Shown one piece after another: positions 10,098 through 16,924 of a stretch of DNA of 64,000 nucleotides. A program made the translations under genes and the position numbers. The DNA comes from Eubacteriales bacterium (GTDB lineage Bacteria; Bacillota; Clostridia; Oscillospirales; UBA644), in assembly GCA_045543655.1 (NCBI GenBank), contig JAZPXN010000084.1, positions 47,326 through 111,325 of the forward strand, given 5' to 3'. Position 1 is the first letter of the stretch. Every line of letters begins with the position of its first letter. The notes below the pieces were generated by a model. That model saw only the letters and a list, made by a program, of their open reading frames with translations, made no database searches and was not told the origin of the DNA.

Positions 10098-11177
10098 ATG
10101 AATCATTTTTTGACTACTAAGACCATTGCCAGAGAGGCTCTGCCCATTCTGGAAGCAAACCTCGTCTTCCCTGCCCTGATCCACAGTGATTATTCCGGAG
10201 ATTTTTCCAAGCAGGGAGACACCGTTCAGATCCGCAAGCCTCCCGTCTACAACGCCAACGAATTTGACGGTGAGATCGATATTCAGGATATCAACGAAGG
10301 CGAGGTCCTGGTGAAGCTGGACAAAATCGCCGACGTTTCCGTGGAGCTGACCGCCAAGGAAATGGCTCTGAGCGCAGAGGATTTCACCAAGCAGGTCATC
10401 GCCCCCGCCATGGTTGCCATTGCCGAAAAGATCAACGCCGACGGTCTTGCGCTTTACAAGGACGTCGCAAACGTCTACGGGGAATCCGGCAAAACGCCCG
10501 CCTCCCTCGCAGATCTTGCAGGCGGCGCTAAGGTACTGAACGACAACAAGGCTCCTCTCGTGGGCCGGGGCGGCGTGTGGAACACCGACGCTATCGCCAA
10601 TTTCCAAGTCCTTCCCGCCCTGGTAAATGCAGAAAAGTGCGGTTCTACCGACGCTCTGCGGGAGGGCTCCATCGGCCGGGTCTTCGGCGTGGATCATTAT
10701 TTCTCCCAGCAGGTTCCCAACCACGTCAGCGGACAGACCTCCGGGAATGCTACGGTGTCCATCGTTCTCTCCGATCACGAGATCGAGCTGATGGGGATCG
10801 AAGGCGAGATGAACCGCGGGGATCTTCTGGAGATCGGCGGAAAGACCTATACCGTCACCGAAGACTGCAACGGGGACTCCGGTACGATGAACGTAAAAAT
10901 CTACCCCGCCGTGAGCGGTGATATCGTGGGCGCCTCCGTCGTCCTCCTGGGCGATCACGCCGCCAACCTGATGTTTCAGAAGAACGCTTTCGGCTTCGTG
11001 ACCCGTCCCCTGGAGGTGGCAAGAGGTGCGGACAGCTACGTCACCTCTTACAACGGTCTTTCCGTCCGTGTAACCATGGACTACAACATTGCCACCAAGA
11101 AGCAGACCCTGTCCGTTGATACGCTGTACGGCTTCAAGACCCTCTATCCCGAGCTGGCGGTACGCGTCCTCGGCTGA
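10098..11177 (+). CDS. major capsid protein (P22-coat-like family)
   Basis: The N-terminus TKTIAREALPILEANLVFPALIHSDYSGDFSKQGDTVQIRKP matches the P22 coat/XkdG-type capsid signature. Length is 359 aa. Confidence 0.8.
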   Translation: MNHFLTTKTIAREALPILEANLVFPALIHSDYSGDFSKQGDTVQIRKPPVYNANEFDGEIDIQDINEGEVLVKLDKIADVSVELTAKEMALSAEDFTKQVIAPAMVAIAEKINADGLALYKDVANVYGESGKTPASLADLAGGAKVLNDNKAPLVGRGGVWNTDAIANFQVLPALVNAEKCGSTDALREGSIGRVFGVDHYFSQQVPNHVSGQTSGNATVSIVLSDHEIELMGIEGEMNRGDLLEIGGKTYTVTEDCNGDSGTMNVKIYPAVSGDIVGASVVLLGDHAANLMFQKNAFGFVTRPLEVARGADSYVTSYNGLSVRVTMDYNIATKKQTLSVDTLYGFKTLYPELAVRVLG

Positions 11178-11201
11178 TCCGAAGGACGTCAGACCGAAAG
11201 A

Positions 11202-11228
11202 CCCGCATCCTCCTTTTGAGGATGCGGG
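11202..11228 (+). promoter_or_regulatory. GC-rich hairpin immediately after the capsid gene (no U-tract)
   Basis: cccgcatcctc-ctttt-gaggatgcggg. It covers the first two candidate starts of the next ORF. Confidence 0.5.
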
Positions 11229-11611
11229 GGAAGGAGGGAAATGAATTGAAACCGATCACGAAAGAAGAATTTGCCGCCCGCTATCCGTCGGAGGAGCTTA
11301 CGGCCACGTCGGAGGAAGAATTTGCCGGAATGGCGGCGACGGCGGCAGACCTGACCGACGTGCTCTGCTTCGGTCGGGCAAGCCGGGATGAAGCAGCAGC
11401 AGGACGGGCCATGGTCGAAATGATCCGTTATTGGATCGAGCGGGGCGGATATTCCGCGGCGACCCGGGCCTGCGGCATTGAACGGGAGGCGGTAGGAAAC
11501 TATTCGGTCTCTTATACCGATCGGGACACCGTTACGCTCCACGGGCTTGCAGTCGCTCCGGCGGCACTGATCATCCTCGACCGGGCGGGCCTCCGAAACC
11601 GGAACGTATAA
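11216..11611 (+). CDS. phage head-tail connector/adaptor-like protein
   Basis: Position after the capsid gene. GIEREAVGNYSVSY resembles the gp6/YqbG-type connector motif. The likely real start is TTG 11246, 8 nt after GGAGGG. Confidence 0.5.
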   Translation: MRMRGKEGNELKPITKEEFAARYPSEELTATSEEEFAGMAATAADLTDVLCFGRASRDEAAAGRAMVEMIRYWIERGGYSAATRACGIEREAVGNYSVSYTDRDTVTLHGLAVAPAALIILDRAGLRNRNV

Positions 11612-11621
11612 GGAGGTGCCC

Positions 11622-11987
11622 ATGACCGTAACGATTTTTAACCGTCTCGGAGAAGACGAGGAGGGAAACGCACGCTACAAGGCCTGCGTATTCCGCAACG
11701 TTTATATTGAAACGAAGGTGGCGGCAAATCCGGTCTATTCCGGAGAACGAAACAACAACAATTTCCGCCTGTATCTGTTTACAGAACGGGGATATCTGCC
11801 CCGGGAGGATTTTCTGAGAAATCCCGAAGGTCACTGGACGCTGCATCCGGGGGATCTTTTGACAACCGGGATCCACGAGATCCCGCCGGAGAATCCCTAC
11901 CGTATCAATACGATAAACGTTTTTTATGCAAAAGAAAAATTCCACCACTGGGAGGTGAGCGGCCGTGGCCAACTGCTGGAATCGTGA
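11622..11987 (+). CDS. phage head-tail joining/minor capsid-like protein
   Basis: AGGAGG SD 5 nt upstream of ATG 11622. Small ORF in the connector block. No specific motif recognised. Confidence 0.45.
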   Translation: MTVTIFNRLGEDEEGNARYKACVFRNVYIETKVAANPVYSGERNNNNFRLYLFTERGYLPREDFLRNPEGHWTLHPGDLLTTGIHEIPPENPYRINTINVFYAKEKFHHWEVSGRGQLLES

Positions 11988-12393
11988 TTGCCGACAAACG
12001 GTGATCGATTTTTTATCTCCGGTCACGGGGCCCATTGCCACCGAATACCTGAGTAACCAAGACGGGAGCGTCTCCCTCGAGGAGCTGCGGGGAGAGCCGA
12101 ATCTGATCCCCTTCGTGGACGGCGGACGGATTGCCCGTTACGATTTCAATCTCTGCGTTCGAACCCACGGCCGGGATACGGCGGCGCGGAAAAAGGCCAT
12201 TGACACCCTGATGGCCGCGGCGGGGCGATGCGCAGAAATACGCCCCTTTATGGGAGGATATATCGAAATGACCGAATTTCCCTTCCTGTTCAACCGAAAC
12301 ATGTCCGGAAACGAGGAATATAAGGCCGGATTTTCCATGTTTTTTCGGGTGGACAGCGCCGGAAATCCTCTTTATCCCCCGGTGGCGGAATAA
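11965..12393 (+). CDS. phage structural protein (connector/tail-completion position)
   Basis: GTG start with a GGGAGG SD. Overlaps the previous ORF by 23 nt. The call rests on synteny only. Confidence 0.4.
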   Translation: MANCWNRDCRQTVIDFLSPVTGPIATEYLSNQDGSVSLEELRGEPNLIPFVDGGRIARYDFNLCVRTHGRDTAARKKAIDTLMAAAGRCAEIRPFMGGYIEMTEFPFLFNRNMSGNEEYKAGFSMFFRVDSAGNPLYPPVAE

Positions 12394-12405
12394 AGGAGGA
12401 ATCGC

Positions 12406-12867
12406 ATGATTGAAAAAAGCAGTCTCCGGGTCTGGATCTCCGACGGAGAATCGGAGAAATATTCCCTGATAGGGCCGGGCATTACCAGCATTACGGAGAC
12501 CTACAAGGCCGCCATTTTAGAGACGCCGAACATCAATTCTGCCGTCAGCGGACAGGAAATTCTGTACCACGTGGGGCAGATTGAATTTTCGGGCATCTGG
12601 GTGGATGACGACGCCCTTGACATTCTGACAAGGAAAAGGGGGAAACGGGGCAAGGACGCCCTGGTCACGCTGATACTCATCTACTCCCACGAAAACTACG
12701 GACCGGACAGTACCTTTGCCGTAGCCCGGAAGGTAAGGGGGTACGTCTGCCTTGAAAATCCGGGGTCGAGAGAAAGTCCCTTCGGAGCAAGGATCAAAGG
12801 AAAAATTATTTTTGCGGGAGAACCGCAGCAAGGAGTATTCGATGAAGCAAGAGGCATTTTCGGATGA
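12406..12867 (+). CDS. candidate major tail (tube) protein
   Basis: 153-aa ORF immediately before the tail-chaperone-like gene. Assigned by position only. Confidence 0.35.
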   Translation: MIEKSSLRVWISDGESEKYSLIGPGITSITETYKAAILETPNINSAVSGQEILYHVGQIEFSGIWVDDDALDILTRKRGKRGKDALVTLILIYSHENYGPDSTFAVARKVRGYVCLENPGSRESPFGARIKGKIIFAGEPQQGVFDEARGIFG

Positions 12868-13234
12868 GGTTAAGGTGGATATCCACGGAACGCCGACCCC
12901 GATCCGCTGGAATTTTACGGCGGCGCTCCGATTTATGGATTACGTAGACCGCTCGACGGACGACGACGAAACCTTTCTGGATACGGTGTTGAACATCTGG
13001 TATCCCGAGATTCCGGAGGACCGGGACCTTGCCCTGACCCGCGCCATTGAATTCTATTGCGGCGGAACCGCCCCGGGGGAAGGATATTACAGTCCCGTTT
13101 TCACCCCCGGCAGCGAAGAAACGATCCGGGAAGCCTTTTTGGAGCGGTACGGCATTGATCTGTATCGGGACGACGTTCATTGGTGGACCTTTCGCCGGCT
13201 TCTTCGACAGATCAGAAGGGAGGCAACGACGTGA
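12842..13234 (+). CDS. phage Gp15-like tail assembly chaperone-position protein
   Basis: AAGGAG SD. C-terminal DDVHWWTFRRLL resembles the Phage_Gp15 family signature. In siphophages this gene normally precedes the tape measure gene. Confidence 0.55.
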   Translation: MKQEAFSDEVKVDIHGTPTPIRWNFTAALRFMDYVDRSTDDDETFLDTVLNIWYPEIPEDRDLALTRAIEFYCGGTAPGEGYYSPVFTPGSEETIREAFLERYGIDLYRDDVHWWTFRRLLRQIRREATT

Positions 13235-13374
13235 ACGAAACCAAAACGACCCATGAGAATAACGGCGATAACGGCACGGTAATCGTTTTTCGCCCCGAAC
13301 CGGAGGACGAAACCGACCGCATCGGCCGGGAGATCGTGCGGAGAATGATCGAAGCGGGGGTGATTGAGGGATGA
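13231..13374 (+). CDS. 47-aa acidic ORF in the -1 frame of the chaperone gene (gpT-like extension or tape-measure relic)
   Basis: GTG start overlapping the upstream stop (GTGA), with an AAGGGAGG SD 7 nt upstream. Its stop overlaps the next ATG (ATGA). Confidence 0.4.
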   Translation: MNETKTTHENNGDNGTVIVFRPEPEDETDRIGREIVRRMIEAGVIEG

Positions 13375-14423
13375 TCAATCTGGCCATCAACGGGACGGAC
13401 TACGGAATCTATCTGGAGAACGGCTCCATGACCGTCCGGCAGTACGGAGCCCTGCGATCCTCCTTCCGCGCGACCCTGCATATTACGGACACCATCTATC
13501 CCGTTCCCGAGGCGGGGCAGGAGGTACAGGTTTTTGAGGACGGAAATTACGTCTGGGGCGGGATTCTGGTGGAGACGGAGCAGATCTGTCACAGCACGAA
13601 ATGTGCAACCATTCATCTGAGGGGACAGGGTTACGAGCATCTGCTGCAGCGGTACTGTCTGCCGGGATTCACCCTGGCGACCCAGACCCCATCCGACGCA
13701 ATGGATACCATTTTCCACAACTATATCAGCCCGGAAGATCATATTCTTCTGGGCACTCGGGCACCGGGGATCCCGATCGCAAAGGCCTATTCCTTCCCGC
13801 CCATGAAGGCGTCCGCCGTCTACGACCAGCTGGCGGCGGAAAACGGATTCGTCTGGTGGATTGACGGATGGAAGACCCTGTATATTCAACCGAACATCCC
13901 CCAAAGCACCCCGCCCTTCTGCATTGATCTTACGCAGAATGCGGAAAACCGCCTGAAGGATCTGCAATCCCTGGAATACCGGACGTCCACGGCAAACTAC
14001 AAAAACATGGTCTACGTATACAATCCCGGAAACGGCGTGGAGGCGCCGGTCTATTCTAACGAACTGCAGAAACAGATGATGGGCAGATACGGCAGTGCCT
14101 GGTACGGCGTTGGAATCAAAAATTCCACCGTGCAATCCTGGAACGACGCGGTGACCGTAGGAAATCAGATCCTGGCCACCTCTCCGGGCTTCGGGGAAAT
14201 CCGATTTTCCACCGATGAAAAGGGCTTCAAGCTGGGACAGATCCTGGACGTAAGAGCCCCTATCTGCGGAATGATCACGAAAAAAACCTACTGTATCACG
14301 GAAATACGGTCGGTCTATTTTTCCGACCGCTTCCGTTATACGGTCACCGCCCGGGAATCCTTTGACGGAACGCTGGCCATCAAATCCTGGGAAGCCCTGC
14401 TGGCGGCAGGAAAAAGCAATTGA
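13371..14423 (+). CDS. phage tail protein (distal-tail/Dit- or XkdQ-like by position and size)
   Basis: 350-aa ORF translationally coupled to the chaperone module. The N-terminal beta-rich pattern MINLAINGTDYGIYLENGSMTV is reminiscent of Sipho_tail/XkdQ proteins. Weak call. Confidence 0.4.
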   Translation: MINLAINGTDYGIYLENGSMTVRQYGALRSSFRATLHITDTIYPVPEAGQEVQVFEDGNYVWGGILVETEQICHSTKCATIHLRGQGYEHLLQRYCLPGFTLATQTPSDAMDTIFHNYISPEDHILLGTRAPGIPIAKAYSFPPMKASAVYDQLAAENGFVWWIDGWKTLYIQPNIPQSTPPFCIDLTQNAENRLKDLQSLEYRTSTANYKNMVYVYNPGNGVEAPVYSNELQKQMMGRYGSAWYGVGIKNSTVQSWNDAVTVGNQILATSPGFGEIRFSTDEKGFKLGQILDVRAPICGMITKKTYCITEIRSVYFSDRFRYTVTARESFDGTLAIKSWEALLAAGKSN

Positions 14424-14439
14424 AACGAGGTGAATACCT

Positions 14440-15024
14440 ATGATCGTCAAACGACGTCTTCCCTTCCGGCATTCCCGGGAGGGCTACGCGCCGGATCGGA
14501 TCCATCTCCGGTTTTGCCAGACTTCGGCAGATGAAACCGAAAGGGAACTGATCCGCACGCAAAAAACGGCCCATTATCATCTGTCATCCAACGGTACGGT
14601 GACGGACTTTGCGCCCCTTTCCGCGGCGGCGAACCGTTTGAGCCCCTTGTTTCCGGAGGGGATGGCGGAGGTCTCTCCCGCCCGACGGGGGATCCTGATC
14701 CTGATTGAGGGCAAAGAACTGAACCGGGAGCAGAAACAGCCCCTGATCCGGTTGCTGAAGGGGATCCAGAAAGAGGTCTTCCGGATCTACGGATTCCCCT
14801 TTCCCTTCCGGCGGGACGCGTTTTTCGCCGAAGGAGGCCTTCCCGTGGAAGAATTGCTGGAGGAAGGCTATCTGCCCCGGGAGGACCGAAAGCTATACCG
14901 GGTGCAGACCGGGTGCTACCGATCCCGAAGAGAAGCGGAAGAGCGGATCGAGGGATTGAGCACCGCCGGGATTGCCGCATATATCACGGAGATCAACTAC
15001 GGCAGCGTACCGTTAGGAGAATAA
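14440..15024 (+). CDS. amidase_2-like (apparently degenerate) domain + C-terminal SPOR domain protein
   Basis: SPOR-like KLYRVQTGCYRSRREAEERIEGLSTAGIAAYITEI. The N-terminal half aligns by eye with PGRP/T7-lysozyme-type amidases (AHYHLSSNGTVTDF), but the expected His/Cys zinc ligands are not present. Confidence 0.5.
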   Translation: MIVKRRLPFRHSREGYAPDRIHLRFCQTSADETERELIRTQKTAHYHLSSNGTVTDFAPLSAAANRLSPLFPEGMAEVSPARRGILILIEGKELNREQKQPLIRLLKGIQKEVFRIYGFPFPFRRDAFFAEGGLPVEELLEEGYLPREDRKLYRVQTGCYRSRREAEERIEGLSTAGIAAYITEINYGSVPLGE

Positions 15025-15037
15025 AGGCGGTGAAACT

Positions 15038-15298
15038 ATGTGGGAATCGGTCATAGCCGCGGCGGCGGTGGTCAGCGGGATCACGGTGCTTGGAACTGCG
15101 GCGGTAAAGATCGTAAAATTCTGGCTGGATCAGAAGAATCAGGACAGGGAGATCGAGCACGTCAAAACCGAAATGGGCGTGATCTGCTACGGCGTTCTCG
15201 CCTGTCTGGACGGACTGAAGCAAATGGGCTGCGACGGAAACGTGACCCAGGCGAAAAACGATCTGGAAAAATATCTGAACAAATCGGCTCACAAATAA
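15038..15298 (+). CDS. small single-TM protein of the lysis cassette (holin-associated)
   Basis: N-terminal TM helix (VIAAAAVVSGITVLGTAAV) followed by a charged coiled region. Sits directly upstream of the holin and endolysin. Confidence 0.5.
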   Translation: MWESVIAAAAVVSGITVLGTAAVKIVKFWLDQKNQDREIEHVKTEMGVICYGVLACLDGLKQMGCDGNVTQAKNDLEKYLNKSAHK

Positions 15299-15313
15299 GA
15301 AAGGAGCGATCCT

Positions 15314-15526
15314 ATGAAAGAATGGCTTTACCGAGCCTTGCGGACCTTCGGCCAGGCGATGCTCGGTTATCTGGCGGCCAATCTGCTGGCGACGGTGACC
15401 CAGGCTGACGTCAGCGATCCGACGGGCTTTGCCAATACGCTGCTGGCGCTGTTTGCGGCGGCGGTGGCGGCAGGCCTTGCGGCGGTCATGAACTGGAACA
15501 AAGGAGGAGAACACGGTGAAGAATAA
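15314..15526 (+). CDS. holin (r1t/phi-LC3-like)
   Basis: The RALRTFGQAMLGYLAANL opening and two TM helices are typical of r1t-type holins. Overlaps the endolysin start. Confidence 0.65.
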   Translation: MKEWLYRALRTFGQAMLGYLAANLLATVTQADVSDPTGFANTLLALFAAAVAAGLAAVMNWNKGGEHGEE

Positions 15527-16274
15527 AGAATTCGTTGAAAAACTCAGGGAAATCGCCCAAAATTACAAGACCGTCTATATGAGAGGAACCTTCGGCGCAC
15601 CGCTGACCCAGAGTCTGATCACCCAGAAGGTGAAGCAGTATCCGAAAAACTATTCGGCGGGACGGCAGAGCTTGCTGAAGGGTAAGATCGGAGACGGGCT
15701 CTGGGCCTTTGACTGCGTAGGGCTGATCAAGGGGATTCTGTGGGGCTGGAGGGGCGACCGGAGCGTCTCCTTCGGCGGCGCGAAATACCGCGCAAACGGC
15801 GTTCCCGACATCAACGCAGATTCCATGGGCAAAAAATGCCTGGAGCAGAGCGACGATATGGCTCACATCCTGCCCGGAGAGGCGGTCTGTATGAAGGGGC
15901 ATATCGGCGTATACGTGGGAGACGGCAAGGTGGTGGAATCTACTCTGACGGGAAAATACGACGGGGTTGCGATCACCGATCTTTCCTACCGAAACTGGCT
16001 TTTCCACGGCAAGCTGCCCTGGATCGAATACGAAGAAGCACCGGTCGAAGCGCCGGAAGAAGCGCCCCGTACCCCGCAGGTGGGGGATATCGTCCGGTTT
16101 TCCGGCGGGAAGCATTACATTTCGTCCACGGGAAATCTGGGGTACAAGGCAAAGGCAGGCCCCGCAAAAGTGACCCGTTATCTGCCGGGACGAAAGCATC
16201 CCTATCACCTGGTGCATATCGACAAAACCTCCAACGTATACGGCTGGGTGGACGAAAATACGGTCTCTTTTTGA
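15516..16274 (+). CDS. endolysin: NlpC/P60-type cysteine peptidase + C-terminal SH3-like binding domain
   Basis: Catalytic-type motifs FDCVGLIKG (Cys) and GHIGVYVGDG (His), an EAP-rich linker, then an SH3-like tail (GDIVRFSGGKHY...YGWVDENTV). Confidence 0.75.
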   Translation: MKNKEFVEKLREIAQNYKTVYMRGTFGAPLTQSLITQKVKQYPKNYSAGRQSLLKGKIGDGLWAFDCVGLIKGILWGWRGDRSVSFGGAKYRANGVPDINADSMGKKCLEQSDDMAHILPGEAVCMKGHIGVYVGDGKVVESTLTGKYDGVAITDLSYRNWLFHGKLPWIEYEEAPVEAPEEAPRTPQVGDIVRFSGGKHYISSTGNLGYKAKAGPAKVTRYLPGRKHPYHLVHIDKTSNVYGWVDENTVSF

Positions 16275-16305
16275 GGGAATCTGCGAAAAAAGTGGTTCCG
16301 TCGGG

Positions 16306-16334
16306 TTGACATTATAAAGAAAAGCGTGTATAAT
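16306..16334 (+). promoter_or_regulatory. sigma-70-type promoter (TTGACA-17-TATAAT)
   Basis: Perfect hexamers with a 17-nt spacer, 25 nt upstream of the ATG at 16360. Confidence 0.65.
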
Positions 16335-16359
16335 AACCTTATACCAAGGAGGATTTTCG

Positions 16360-16869
16360 ATGGAATATACTGTCATCCGCTCCCGGCGGAAAACCATATC
16401 CATGGAAGTGCGGCCCGATCTGACCGTAGTGGTACGGGCGCCCCTGCACATGACGAAAGACAAGATCGAAGCCTTCGTCCGGAATAACCGGGAATGGCTG
16501 AAGGGGGCTGTGGCCCGGACGGCGGCCCGCTCCGGCAAGGAAGCCGCCATCGACACCCGGGAACGGGAATTACGGGCGGCGGCGAAGGCATATCTGCCCG
16601 GTCGCACGGCCTATTGGGCGAAGATCATGGGGGTAACGCCTACCGGAGTAAAGATCACCTCGGCCCGGGGGCGCTTTGGCTCCTGCAGCGGAAAGAACAG
16701 CATTTGCTATTCCTGGCGGCTGATGGCCTATCCTCAGGAGGCGGTGGACTACGTGGTGGTTCACGAGCTGGCCCATATTCTGCAAAAGAATCATTCCGCC
16801 CGGTTTTACGCCGTGGTGGAGCGGTACCTGCCCGACTGGCGGGAGCGTCAGCGGATGCTGAAAAAATAA
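16360..16869 (+). CDS. DUF45/YgjP-like (M48-type) zinc metallopeptidase
   Basis: HExxH motif in VVHELAHILQKNHSARF. Size and layout are typical of YgjP. Confidence 0.8.
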   Translation: MEYTVIRSRRKTISMEVRPDLTVVVRAPLHMTKDKIEAFVRNNREWLKGAVARTAARSGKEAAIDTRERELRAAAKAYLPGRTAYWAKIMGVTPTGVKITSARGRFGSCSGKNSICYSWRLMAYPQEAVDYVVVHELAHILQKNHSARFYAVVERYLPDWRERQRMLKK

Positions 16870-16877
16870 AAAAATCA

Positions 16878-16918
16878 CCGGCAGATCTGCAAGATACGAC
16901 AGATCTGCCGGTTTTTTT
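16878..16918. terminator. bidirectional intrinsic terminator
   Basis: ccggcagatctg / cagatctgccgg stem flanked by A7 and T7 tracts, between convergent genes. Confidence 0.8.
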
Positions 16919-16924
16919 GCGGCT

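Larger units (their letters stand above)
6575..16274 (+). mobile_element. phage-like structural + lysis gene cluster (defective prophage, GTA-like element or satellite); no int/att recognised
   Basis: Sixteen same-strand ORFs are tightly packed or overlapping, in the canonical TerS-TerL-portal-scaffold-capsid-connector-tail-lysis order. The flanking genes are housekeeping-type, and the right-hand one has its own promoter. Confidence 0.75.
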
